Source: Mobula birostris
Lineage: Eukaryota
NCBI RefSeq assembly: GCF_030028105.1
Contig: NC_092395.1
Coordinates: forward strand, 43,614,459-43,678,458
DNA: 64,000 bases
Direction of reading: 5' to 3'
Below, piece by piece: positions 25,601 through 38,199 of this stretch (the stretch's first letter is position 1; every line of letters begins with the position of its first letter). A model generated the notes under the pieces. The model searched no databases. It had not been told where the DNA came from and saw only the letters and a list, made by a program, of their open reading frames with translations. A program made the translations under genes and the position numbers.

Positions 25601-27890
25601 GCGGACTGAAAAGCTTGAGCATGCAGATATTGAGAAAGAGGATATGCTGGAGCTTTTGGAAAGCATCAAGTTGGATAAGTCACCGGAACCAGACGAGATG
25701 TACCCTAGGCTACTGTGGGAGGCAAGGGAGGAGATTTCTGTACCTCTGATGATGATCTTTGCATCATCAATGGGGACGGGAGAGGTTCTGGAGGATTGGA
25801 GGGATGCGGATGTTGTTCCATTGTTCAAGAAAGGGAGTAGAGATAGCATAGGAAAATATAGGCCAGTTGGTCTTACTTCAGTGGTTGGTAAGTTGATGGA
25901 GAAGATCCTGAGATTCATGAACATTTGGAGAGGTTTAATGTGATTCGGAGCAGTCAGCATGGCTTTGTGGAAGGCAGGTCATGCCTTACAAGCCTGATTG
26001 AATTTTTTGAGGATGTGACTAAGCACATTGATAAAGGTAGAGCAGTGGATGTTGTGTATATGGATTTGAGGAAGGCATTTAACAAGGTGCCCCTTGCAAG
26101 GCTTATTGAGAAAGTAAGGATGCATGGGATCCAAGGGGCATTGCTTTGTTAATCCAGAGCTGCCTTGCCCACAGAAGGCAAAGTGTGGTTGTAAATGGGT
26201 CATATTCAGCATGGAGGTTGGTGACCAGTGGTGTGCCTCAGGGATCTGTTCTGGGACCCCTGCTCTTCATGATCTTCATAAATGACCTGGATGAGGAAGT
26301 GGAGGGTGGGTCAGTAAATTTGCTGATGACACAATTGTTGGGGGTGTTGTCAGGAGTTACAACAGGACATTGATAGGAAGCAAACCTGGGCTGAGAAGTG
26401 GCAGATGGAGTTAAACCCAGCTAAGAGTGATGTGGTTCATTCTGGCAGGTCAGATATGACGGCAGAATATAGTATTAATGGTAAGACTCTTGGCAGTGTG
26501 GAGGATCAGAGGGATCTTGGGGTCCGAGTCCATAGGACATTCAAAGCTGCTGCACAGGTTGACTCTGTGGTTAAGAAAGCATACGGTGCATTAGCCTTCA
26601 TCAATCGTGGGATTCAGTTTCGGAGCTGAGAGGTAATGTTGCAGCTATATAGGACACTGGTGAGAACCCACTTGGAGTACTGTGCTCAATTCTGGTCGCT
26701 TCACTATAGGAAGGATGTAGTTGCCATAGAAAAGGTGCAGAGGAGACTTACAAGGATTTTGCCTGGATTGGGGAGCATGCCTTATGAGAATAAGCTTAGT
26801 GAAAAAGGAGTTTTTTCCTTGGAGCAAAGATGAGAGGAGACCTGATAGAGGGATATAAGATGATGAGAGGCATTGATCATGTGGATAGTCAGATGCTTTT
26901 TCCCAGGGCTGGAATGGCTAGCATGAGAAGGTACAGTTTTAGGGTGTTTGGAAGTAGGTACAGAGGAGATGTCAGGGTAAGTTTTTTTACGCAGAGATTG
27001 GTGAGTGCATGGAATGGGCTGCCGGCGACAGTGGTGGAAATGGATTCAACAGGGTCTTTTAAGAGACACCTTGACAGGTACATGGAGCTCAGAAAAATGG
27101 AGGGCTATGGGTAACCCGAGGTAATTTCTAATCTAAGGACATGTTCGGCACAGCTGTGTGGGCTGAATGGCCTGTATTCTACTGCAGGTTTTCTGTGTTC
27201 TGTGTTTCTGTGAGTTCACCAAGAAGGCCGGTTCTCAGAGCTGCCCAATGCCTACCCTGGTACATCAATCCAAAAACGAACACAGATTCCACAGTCATCT
27301 CTGGAAAATTCCATGGAACTTGGAAGAGCCTGGGTCCCCCCAGCAGAGCCAGAGGGATGTATGAGTTAGAGATGTTGCTTACACTGTGATAAGGCTGGCC
27401 ATTTCTGTGTCACCTGCTCTGAGCTGTTGGGAAAACTCCAAGGACCATCCCATGAGGTGGGAAATGAAATGGTTCGTCTCAAGACTCTCTCCCATTTTAT
27501 TGATTTCCGGAGTGGTTTTACCATTCCTATTATCTTGGGGGCTTAAACATTCTGTGAGAGCCTTGGTAGTCTCTGGTTCAGCAGGGAATTTTTTAGACAT
27601 CAGACTAGCAGACAAAATCCACTGTCCTGAGAAACACCTCAACCATCCTATGTCTGCTGTGACCCTGGATGGTAGACCTTTGGAAGGTGGAGAAATCTTT
27701 TATCTTTCTGTTGCTCTCAAGTTGACCTTTGGAAGTCACAAGGAGACTATTTGTCTCCATCTTATTCATTCTGCAGACATTCCCTGAATCCTTGGTTATC
27801 TATGGTTACATCTTCATGATAATTGGTTTAACTGGTGTTCTGGCACCATTCAGAGCTGCTCGACCCTCTGCTGGGATCAGTGCCTTCGAA
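22690..27890 (+). mobile_element. Sushi-like Ty3/Gypsy gag-protease fragment, interrupted by a CR1
   Basis: gag remnants KVAEIISLL..WAKALW, LLQLHQGVRTMADYSIDF, EEFIDMAIRIDN before the CR1; MELG..CLHCDKAGHFCVTC and protease LVVSGSAGNFLD after it. No LTR found. Confidence 0.7.
23150..27212 (+). mobile_element. Near full-length decayed CR1 LINE
   Basis: ORF1 zinc finger/leucine zipper (CARCQMWE..CTRCVELQLL) and SGNH esterase (VIGDSIVR..CLPGARV..IGTNDIG); ORF2 endonuclease and RT ([23 protein letters not shown]); (TTCTGTG)-type tail. Many stops and frameshifts. Confidence 0.9.
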
Positions 27891-27980
27891 GAGGTTGTGA
27901 GACACCTTCCCCTGGTTCCAAGAGGCCGACCTGATTCTGTTGACACACAGTTCTGCAAGAATGTGGATATATTTGGTGGA

Positions 27981-29775
27981 TCATCAAATGCATTGACGAC
28001 TGTGGTTCAGTATATGCCATTGGAAATCATGGAAGGGATCATTGAAAACTTGATTAATGATGGTTGCATAATGGATATAGAAAAGGTGACTGTTTTGACC
28101 AATATGACTGATCGACTTTGATGGCCTTTGCCAATAACATTGATAAGTGGATAATTGGTTTACTGAAATGTTTGGCAGCTGTGAAAAAGTTCAGCATTTT
28201 GATTGACGTCATGGTTTCAGTAAATCATTGGGTGTTATCAAGGCTCTTTCACCTAGTTGTAAGAGCAAGAGGACTTGCTGTGCTGAAATAACATGCAGGG
28301 CCTTTTCCAAGGGCTGAAATGGCTAACACTGGGCATCATAGTTTCAAGGTGTTTGGAAATAGGTACAACAGGGATGTCAGAAGCAAGTTTTTCAGATAGA
28401 GAGTGGTGGGTGTGTGTAATGTACTGCCAGTGACAGTGGTAGAGGCGGATACAATAGGGTCTTTCAAGACACTCTCAGAGAGGTACATGGAGCTTAGAAA
28501 GATAAGGGGCTATGCAGATAATTCAAGGCAGTTTCTAGAAAAGGGTACATGGTCCACACAACATTGTGGACCGAAATGTGCTGTACATTTCAATGGTCTA
28601 TAGTCTAGATATGCTTTTAAGTTTGCAACATTTTTCAGAAGCATTCCATGTGAGCTTGTTCCTCATTTTCCCAAATTCATGATATCACCCTCCAAAGAGT
28701 CCAACTCTGCTATACACTGTTGACAACAAATACCTGAATTTGTGCACTGCATGATCTTCTGCTTTTCAGCCTTCCCTGACCTATATGAATGTGTCATACA
28801 AGCAATAAAGGATTTTCCAATTCCAAATGAGGTAAAACAAAACAGCTACTGTCAGAATGGGTGAATGTCACAAAGTAATACTTTGGAAACTTTGTACTCA
28901 AGACTTGTTACAAGATCGGATGCAGCAAAGATAGGACTTGCTGATTTGGCAATACCTACTAAACGAAGAGTGTCATTCGAATCCTTTTCATGCTTCCTGA
29001 CTACATGCTACTCAAAGAGAGTGATTCACAGTCATTAATGATGAAACTTCAATGGCTAGTTGTTTTCCTGGAACGTAGCCAGAGACCTGACATCTCTCCC
29101 AGCAGCTTCTTGAAAGCTTCATATCCTCCATGGTTTAATAAAGGGGTGAACCAGGACTTTCAGAGTATATAAGATATCTATTGGAAAGCTACATGAAGAA
29201 GAGAAGACTAGTAAAGGGATTCTCATGGACAGGGACATTCAGACAGTGAACCTTCTGGAGAATTTTGAGATCGAAAGGAAACAAATATAGAAAGAATGTT
29301 TGGTGGGAAATGGTGACCAGGATCCTTTGTCATTGTTGTAATGTTTCCTTCTGAGAGGTTGCTTTTACAGATCTATCCCTGCCATTTCTGTCACCAAACA
29401 AGGTCCTGTAAGTGTGTGGTCATTCAAGTGACTCGAATATTTCAATGAAGATTACGAGTGCAGATAATTTGGTATCATAAGCTGAGCAACACACGCAACT
29501 GTTAATGTTCTAAATAAACAGACATAAACAAGATATATTGATTTTTAGCGCAAGTGTTAATCAGTTCCCATGGAAAAACAAAAGAAGAGACTGCAGCATT
29601 TAGAATTAGTTCCTTGTTACAGAATGATTTTACAGAGGCCTCCAGGGCAAAATAATCTGTGACTCAGCAAATTGTAGATCAGTGTCTGACCTTAGTTGTT
29701 ACTTCCTTACACCAGAAATGCTGCCAGCTGATAACAGATAATTAGATGTAGGAAAATTGGTGAAATTGACGAGTT
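27981..29775 (+). pseudogene. USP35: Processed (intronless) pseudogene of ubiquitin-specific peptidase 35
   Basis: Successive remnants match remembered USP35 sequence: ALTTVVQYMPLEIMEGIIENLIND; NNIDKWIIGLLKCLAAVKKFSILIDV; FVHCMIF..FPDLYE..AIKD; KIGLADL-NT (Cys box, Cys lost); MKLQWLVVFLERSQRPDISP..ASYPPWF; LHEEEK; IERMFGGK-VTRI..FTDLSLPF; SVSDL..YFLTPE.L.ADNR. No introns; multiple stops and frameshifts. Confidence 0.85.
28297..28608 (+). mobile_element. CR1 3' fragment inserted in the USP35 retrocopy
   Basis: Matches 26900-27200; flanked by acatgc / atatgc, which rebuild the K-Y-M-L-L codons. Confidence 0.7.
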
Positions 29776-30419
29776 CTGCAGGAAATCAGGATATAGTGTT
29801 GATGCATTTGTCAATGTAATGGAAAAAGTTGGGGAGGGATGCATAACCAACAATAAGACAGGCATAGCTGGGTGCATATGAATACATATCGTTTTGAGCT
29901 TCTGGAATGTTGTTGAAGCTGTCCTCATCCTGACAACTGGAGAGCATTCCATCACACTACTGACTTGAGCCTTGTCAGTGGTGGACAGTATTTGATGAGT
30001 TTGGAGGTGAGTTACTCACTAGAGGATTCCAACAACTGATCTGCTTTTTTAGCCATGTTGCGTACTGTATATGGTTCCTTCAGTATCGTGTGAATGGTAA
30101 GACCCATGGTACAAAAATGCCAGTTGGGACTAGCAAGTTGGAAGACATTAAAATGTCGAAGATGAGGCATCCTGGATATATAAAGTTCACCGAGTTAAAC
30201 AGCACAGTACCAGCCTCTCTGGCCTAATTAGTCCATGTCAACCGAGATCTCCATCCAGGTTAGTCCCATTTGCTATTGTTTGGCCCATAACATTCTAAAC
30301 ATTTCCAATCCAAATACCCTTCCAAGTGTTTTTTAGAAGTTGTTAGTGTACATGTCTCAACCCCTTCCTCTGGCAGTGCATTTCACAAAGATGCCATACT
30401 TTCTGTGTAAAAAAAGTTA

Positions 30420-31200
30420 CCTCTCAAGTTTAAAGATTCATGATGCAAGATTGTTTAATATCATTTCCTGTACACGAGTATAAAGAAAAACATAAGAATT
30501 GTTACTCTGGATCTGATGCAGCACAAAAGCCCCATGAAAGATAAATAACACAGTAATAACAATTTAAAAACACTATTAGTATAAATACATAAGATAGCTT
30601 GTATACATTGATTGATTGTCTGTCAACAGAGTGATGCCAGGTTGCACATAAGGTGACTGACAAGAAATAATAAAGTAGTGGTGGAGTTAGTGTGTAGAGG
30701 AGTTGATTCACCTTCCTGCTTGGGGAAAGTGACTGCTTTTGAGTCTGGTGGTGTTGGTGTGGATGTCATGTAGCTCCTCCCTAATGGGTGTGGGAGAAAC
30801 TGTCCATGGCGAGGGTTCTGGGATCCTTTATGATTTTACTGGCACTTTTCTGGCACCTTTCTGTATATATGTCCTTGATGGTGGGTATGCTGCAGGATGA
30901 CATGAGTATGAATGTGCAAAGTCCAGCTCTCAATTGCCTCTTCAGAAAGTAGAGGTGTTTATGAGCTGTTGTGACTGTGTAAGATGTCTTCTTGGACCAG
31001 GTGTGTGATGTGGTCTCCCAGGAGTTTGAAACTGCTTGCAGTTTCCACTGCTGTGCCGCCCATGTCAATGGGATGTTCGAGTTCTGCTGAAATTGATCAT
31101 CTTCTTTGTCTTTCTGACATTTAGGAAGAGGTTATTCACCTAGCAACAGTCTCGACCTCTTCCAGTTCCTCTCTGTAGGCTGTCTCAGCACTGTTGGTGA
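30420..31200 (-). mobile_element. Rex1/Babar LINE 3' fragment
   Basis: Homologous to 9930-10500 and 56700-57200; AHKHLYFLKRQLRAGLC remnant. Confidence 0.6.
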
Positions 31201-31622
31201 TGGGCCCTACCTCTGTCATGTAAGGTGTTCCCTCTGAACTTAAATCTATGTACTCTTGTGCTTAATTCCCCAAAACACGGAAAAAATACTATCCTATCCC
31301 TTCATGGTCTTATACACCTCTCTGTGATCAGTTCCAACCTCATTCACCTCTCCCTATAACTCAGTCCCTTAAGTCCTGGCAACTTGTAAATCTTGCCAAT
31401 AACTGCATTCTTTCCAGTTTAATAATATCTTTCCAACAGCAGGGCAAACAACATTGAACATAATACACCAAGTGTGACCATTGCAGCATCCTGTACAACA
31501 GCAACATGGCCTCCCAACTGTTATACTCATTGCTGTGACTGATGAAGTCCAATGTGCCAAAAGCTTTTGTTACCACACAGTCTACCTGTGACTCCACTTT
31601 CAGTTAAGCTTGTACTTGCACT

Positions 31623-34600
31623 TGTCACATATCCCGTGAGTATGCTATTGAAATGATGTCTGATGCCATTGGAATTATGTAATGGTCTCATGCCATTAGA
31701 ATGATGTAATTGTCTTGTAATAGTGGGTGATGTGATGTCACGTGATGGCATGTTTTAACTAGTATAAAACCGCAGTTGTTGCGTAGTTCGTTTTGGTAAC
31801 TACCATTGGTAGTTCCACCATCGGAGAAGAAGAAAGAGCGAGAGTGAAGAATCCCCAGCTCCGAATGAACCCTAAACGGATTTGGGGTTTACCATTGGCA
31901 TTTGGCGCATTACTGGTGTGACTGACATTTGGAATTGTTTGTAAATGGCATGAACGTTTTGTTAACCCTAAAATGGTAAGGGCTGTGCGATGATCACTTT
32001 GTTGAAAGGTCAGTTACATTGAGAAATCGTATTCTGCGTCATAACTTCAGACAAGGCATTTTGGCTGGAAGGTGCGTCAGCAGTGAGGTCTTTACTTCGG
32101 GGACTGGTCCAAAGCTGGTTTGGGAAGTCTCTCCTCTCGACTATTTTCAGGAATTGTTTGGACTTATTAAATTAACACCTTAAGACTTAAGTGCTTTAAT
32201 AAGATCTGTTGAGAATTGTCTTTAGGTTTGACTGTTTGATCACAATAGATGCATAACGCTGTTACTATCCGTTTTAAGTTAATCGTTTATTCACTGTTCC
32301 ATGTTTTTGAGTAGAGGTTAATAAATGTTGTATATCTTATAAAATACTTGACTCAAGTTCATCTCCATTGTTGCTGGTTATAACATATGTTGGGGCTCGT
32401 TGGGATTTGAACATAATTTAGAGCTTAATTGGTTGTTTAATCGATCGGATTGGAAAATGGAGAGTCCATTTTGTTTGATTGGGTTGTGCATGGTAATCAG
32501 CAGCAATGGATCTCAGGGACTTTCTGGAATCACCAGCCCCTGCGGCATTAGTGTCTGCAAAAATGGGTGAGGTGCGGGAAATTGCTGAAAAACTGAAGCT
32601 TACAGGGTAAACTATGGCTACAACAAAGTCAGAGGTTCAGAGAAAAATAGCTGATCATTGTGGAGCGATGAAAGTATTTGATGAAGAGAAGTTTCCTATA
32701 AGTAAAGATAAGATCCGGTTACAGCTAGTGTTAAACAAACTTAAAGTAGAAGCTGATTTAGAACTAAAACGGTTGTACCGTTATTGCCAGTCAGGAAGTT
32801 AAATTGGTTCCTCCATTTAATGAGGCAGATGTTAATAGATAATCCCAGAATTTTGAGAAGGTTGCTCTGAGTGCACAGTGGCCGAAAGAGTGCTGGCTTG
32901 TCCTTCTACAAAGTATATTTAAAGGTAAAGCACAGCACGTTTATACGGCTTTAACCAGTGCACAGGCAACTGAATATGATACTGTGAAGCAGGGTTTACT
33001 TAAAGCTTGTGAACTGGTTCTGGAAGCTTATAGACAGAGATTTAGAAGTCTGAAGAAACATGTAAACCAGACTTATGTGGAATTTGCCTACGAAAGTGGT
33101 CCCTAACCACCGGGCCACGGACAGGTGGGAAGCCACAAAGCATGTGCTACCGAGCAGTGAGAAAACAATATTATTTGGCAGTATGAAGCAATATGAGTCA
33201 GCTGCACCTTTCCTCATTCCCTGTCACGTCCACTGTTGAACTTGAACGTACGCTAGGTCATCATTTGGTATGAGTAAAAAACAAACGTTACTCGAGAGGT
33301 TTTTTGGAAGAGGTGGAAGAGGACATAAAAGGCCTAATGACGATGATATTGCAGAGGCATCTGAGGCAGAGACTGCAAAAAAAAAAAAGAAAGCTTCCTT
33401 CAACAGAAAATAGGACGAGTCATACATAAAATATGGCTTTATTGCAACCAGTGACTGGCACGCTCCAAGCCCCCTGTGTGTGATATGTGGAGGCAAGCTG
33501 TCTAATGAGGCAATGAAGCCCTCAAAACTGCTTTGGCACCTTGAGTCCAAGCACCTTGCACTTAGAGACAAACCTGTTGACTTTTTTGAGATAAAAACAT
33601 TAACAAGCGGGACAGAAGCAAGTGCTGAGAGACACCACCTCCACAAATGCTGCTGCTCTGAGAGCGTCGTACTTACTGGCTATCTGTGTGACATCTTCAA
33701 CCTGCTCAATGAACTCAATTTGTCACTTCAGGGGAGAATGACAACTGTCTTCAAGTTGGCAGATAAAGTGTCTGCTTTCAAAGCCAAACTAGAACTGTGG
33801 GGACGTCGAGTGGACAGGGGTATAGTTTCGGAGAGACTGAGGCTCATAGCTGGTGCGCGAACACCTATCTTCGCTGTTGACAGAATTCAAGCGTACTTTC
33901 CAACCGCAAATGACCCAAGACGTGCAAAGGAATGGGTCCGTGACCCATTTGTGAATGTCCCCGGTGAATTATCCATGTCAGTGCGGGAAGAAGATCAACT
34001 CCTCGAGCTTGCAAATGACGGTGGACTGAAAAGTATGTTTGACATAACATCTCTGCCGGCATTTTGGATCAAAGTCAAGGGTGAATATCCTGAGATAGAA
34101 ACGAAAGCACTGAAAACGTTGCTTCCATTTCCAACATCATATCTCCGTGAAGCAGGATTTTCTGCAATGAATGCAATGAAAACTAAATTGCGGAATAGAC
34201 TGGACATAAGGAACCCCCTCTGAGTATCGCTGTCTCCCATCACCCCTCAATGGGACTGTCTTGTTGCAAGGAAACAAGCCCAGGGCTCCCACTGATTCAG
34301 CGATATTGGTGTGTTGCAATGATTTTATAAGTTCATACGAGGAAAATATGTGCTGTGTGTTTAATATTAAATTTGTTAGATAAACCCTTTTAGAAACAAA
34401 ATTGAGTGTATGATTAGCCACTTATTAGTGAGTTATAGTTTCACCTATATTCTAGTCGTGATTAACACCCTCACCCACCACCCCCACGGTTGGCCGGTCC
34501 ACAAGAATATTGTCGATATTAAACCGGTCCGTGGAGCAGAAAAGCTTGGGGACCCCTGGCCTATGACAAATCTGTGTGTTTTGGGCGCTGGTGTACCTCT

Positions 34601-35950
34601 AAAAATGTGAATGAGGATTATGACACTTTAAAGGAGTTGATCTTGATTGAGGAATTTAAAAGGTACATCCCTGATGGCATAAAGGAATATTTGAATGAAA
34701 ATGACCCTGCCACATGACCTGAGTCTGCTAAATTAGCAGACGAGTATGCTCTAACCCATAAGAGTAAGTTCGCTCTGAGTAAATCTTTCCAAAAGAGTAA
34801 CTTGGATAGTCAGGGTAAACCAAAGATTAATTAGGAAGCTGGTGATAAAGGTAAAAATGAAGGGAAGCAAGTGAAGGAAAAACATTTCGGTCTTATTTGT
34901 TACTATTGTAAGAAACCTGGTCATGTTATGGCTAACTGCTTTCGTCTGAAGAAGAGGGAAAAGGAGGCAGTTCCAGATGCCTGCATGCAATACTTTGAAA
35001 CGCCCATAAACCCACAGGGTTCGGGACATTCAAAGGAAGCTCTGTCAAGGTCTGACCAGGTTAAGAAGGGATATGATCCTTTCATGTCAGAGGGATTTGT
35101 TTTGGTGAATGCAAAGACCACCCAAGTCCCAATTAAAATTGTTCAGGATATTGGCACTTCTCAGTCACTAATGTTAGCCAGTGTTCTAGAGTTTAATGAT
35201 GAGACTGACACTGGTGAGATCAATATTATACGAGGTATTGAGGGCAACCTTATGTCTGTACCTCTGCACAAAATAGTTTTAAAGTCAGGGTTCGTTTCAG
35301 GAATTGCTAAAGTAGGACTGCGACCCAGTTTAGCTGTTGACAGTGTTTTGTTATTGGTAGGGAATAACCTCACAGGAGGAAAAGTTGTTCCTGCAGTGCA
35401 GATGACAACTAAGCCAATTGTTGATAATCGATAGATAGATTCTCACATATATACCTCCTGTGCAATAACCCGAGCTATGAAATAAAAGTCTGCCGAGGCA
35501 GAGGGTTCTGTGCAGCATGGGTCTGTTACCCAAATGGTTCAAAACAGGATTCAGAGTTTGATGATTTGTCAGTAACTTTTCTACCTTCATTATTTTATCA
35601 GGACCCTTGTAATAGTTCTGACATTAAAGACTTGTCCTTGTCTAGGAAGGAGTTTATAGTGGAGCAAAGCAGAGACCCTGAGATTACCACCTTAATAAAA
35701 CAAGCTCTCCCAGATCATGAGATTGTGAAGGTGCCTGTAGGGTATTATTTCAAGAGTGGAGTATTAAAGAGGAAGTGGAGACCACCTAAGATTCCTGCAA
35801 GCGAGGATTGGGCAGTTTTTCACCAGTTAGTGGTTCCTAAAGTTTACCAGAATGAAATTTTTAATTTGGCTCATAATATAGCCTTGGGTGGACATTTTGG
35901 TGTGAAGAAAACTGTGAACAAGGTTTTTAAACATTTTTATTGGCCTGGGG
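31623..35950 (+). mobile_element. Gmr1-type Gypsy element, 3'-truncated (5' LTR, tRNA-Pro PBS, gag, protease, start of integrase)
   Basis: LTR TGTCACA..TAACA 31623-32385 with TATA and AATAAA; PBS tggggctcgttgggatttgaac 32391-32412; gag MDLRDFLESP, LLQSIFKGKA..EAYRQRF; CYYCKKPGHVMANC; DIGTSQS; integrase GGHFGVKKT directly after protease. Confidence 0.85.
33094..34558 (+). mobile_element. Internally deleted Buster/Charlie hAT transposon nested in Gmr1 gag
   Basis: TIRs (a)agtggtccctaacc / cttggggacccctg; 8-bp TSD gcctacga (33086-33093) / gcctatga (34559-34566); ORF 33480-34223 joins the N-terminal CGGKLSNEAMKPSKL..HL..KH directly to the hAT dimerisation domain FWIKVKGEYP..FPTSYLREAGFS..TKLRNRL. 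Confidence 0.9.
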
Positions 35951-36009
35951 TTCCAGTAACCATAGCAGAGACAACAAAGAAACTATTCAGGATAATGAGT
36001 GACATTGGG

Positions 36010-36400
36010 GTGAGGAAGTGGAATCCAGCTCGTCTTGTTCCAAAGTGCTGATCTCTCTTGACCTTTGTGATGGTGCAAGTCACTTGTGTTAATGATGCTG
36101 CTGAAGAAGCCTTGCAGTGAATCTCGATCCCCACGCATCCGGACGGATTCCATCCAGGCTCAGACACTGTAACATGCTGCATTTCACTACCTGCAGTGCC
36201 ATTGATATTATAATCAGCTGTGTAATCTATCCTTCAGCAGTTTTCTCCAGAGGGGGTAGAATAAATCTGCTGTTATTCCTCTGCCTCACTGACTCTCCAA
36301 TTGTTACTCCCCAATTGATCAGGTCATAGTTTGGACTGCAACTGCTTTTGGCAAAATAGCATAGAGTAAAACTGAACTCAACGGTCCCAGGACTGGCCAA
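36010..36400 (-). pseudogene. Candidate highly decayed Ig V-domain remnant
   Basis: Across several frameshifts: hydrophobic SSVLLYAILPKAVA then VQTMT*S (36336-36316); KTAEG*IT-ADYNI-W; GSRFTA (about 36130-36113); SSIINTS; TITKVKR-SAL; W-DST. No intact Cys codons, RSS or J recognised. Confidence 0.35.
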
Positions 36401-36494
36401 GTTCTGTGTTATTCCCATTTACTTCCTACAGAAGCAGTGGGCCATGCATTGGGAGAATAGACACTAGAATGCTTAGATAGCCTGAGAGACATAT

Positions 36495-36780
36495 CAGACA
36501 GTGTTGTTATCTCACAGCTTCAGCGACCTGGATTCGGTTCTGAGTTTGTCCATGTGAAATCGGTATGTTCTCTCTGGGACCATTGAGTTTCCCACTGATG
36601 TTCTGTTTTCCTTGTACAGTGCAGATATGTTACTGTAAGTTGCACCTTATTGCAATGAAGCAACAAAAGAATCAAAGGATGATTGATGGCGTGTGTGAGT
36701 AAAATGGAACTGGCATCAATGGAGTTACTCTATTAGGAGCTTATATGGACCTAATGGGCTGAATGGCCTCGTTAGGTGTT
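36495..36780 (+). mobile_element. HE1-like SINE fragment
   Basis: ctcacagcttcagcgacctggattcggttc head and a CR1-like atgggctgaatggcctc tail; resemblance only. Confidence 0.35.
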
Positions 36781-38199
36781 TACCTTAATAACAATTCCAC
36801 AGTTTCTGCTGTAATATTTGATTACTGACATCTTTTCAGTGTAAAATTATGACAAATGATGATTATTTTCCTCCCGTAGAGGTGCTGAGATATCATAAAC
36901 TGTGAAGAAGTTAGTGTGAGATTTCTCTGATGGGATTCATGGGTCTTGAACATTGCATCATAGTTATTTAGTACATAAGTTTTTTTTTCCCCCAGGAACC
37001 TTGGGCTGCAATGTCTGGGTTGTGGGAGATCAAACCTGGGATACCACTCAACACAATAAATGACCCAGCACTCAGAAAGGAAAACCATTCCTCCAGGCAA
37101 TGATGCTGCTTAACTTGGATTCACTATTGTAGATATTCAATCAGCTGGACAGCTCCTGACAACTCCACTAAAGATGGAGTCAGCTGATTCTTTTCCTGCC
37201 GATGGAAGGTATATTTTACGTGCTACTGCCAATCAGATCTGAGCTGGCACTGAGCTGCCTATCTACAGAACAAAGATAGAATGGATCAGAATGGTCCAAG
37301 GGTGGTTATATTGAAGTGAGGTCCAGTGTTGCTCAGTAAGGTGAGTTCTTACAGTCGGTGATGTGTCATGATAGCAAGTAGGTGGATTTCCTTATGCACA
37401 TTCACTAAGGAGAGGAAATAGATTACTCAGCCCTTTGAACCTGCTCTGCCATTCAATCACATTATGACTGATCTTGCTGTAACCTTAAAGCCCCATACTC
37501 CATGTTCCAATAACTTTTCACCCTCTTACTGATTTTACAATGTGATTTGAATCTGTTTCCACAGCTCTCTGAGAAAATGAGATCCCAAGGTTTGTGGTTC
37601 TCTGAGAGAGAAGCAACCATTGATTCACATCTGTCCTAAATAGCCAGACCCTGAATTTTAAACATGAACACCATGTTGTAGATGCTCCTACACGAGGAAA
37701 CATCCTGTCCATAGCCACCCTGCAAAGGTCCCTCCAGAGATGATGATCCAATTAATTTCCCTTTCAGCCTTCAAAATTCCAGTGGATACAGACCTCACTT
37801 TCCCTCACACGATGACCTATACATCAGAGTACTGAATCCAGTAGAAGAGGAGAAATGAGAGAGAAATGTCTGTTCCTGCTTCCTGCTAGCTGGCTGATGG
37901 TGCAGTGGCATCTGTACCAGACTTCAAGGTGAGTGGTCTCTAGTTTGAATCCAGCTGGCTCCTTGCACACTTTACATCCGTGCTGCACTGAGCATTGAGT
38001 GAGCAACTTGGCCTTACTAAAAACAGGCAAATGGTAAATAAACTGCAAAGAGTATTTTCAGTACAGCAGATGAGGTCTCACTACTACTCCTTTCAACATA
38101 AACACAGATTGCTGTATTCAGATAAGCTACCTGGACCTGATAGATAAGACACCTGGACCAGATGGACTACAACCCAGGTTTCAGAAAGAGGTAGTTGAT

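Noticed and set aside
27729-28121. 130-aa ORF as a novel gene
   Set aside because: Chance read-through from Gypsy protease-region DNA into the USP35 retrocopy.
33480-34223. 247-aa hAT ORF as a domesticated ZBED/SCAND3-like gene
   Set aside because: Most of the catalytic core is deleted, it lies between TIRs with a TSD, and no in-frame link to the upstream gag exists.
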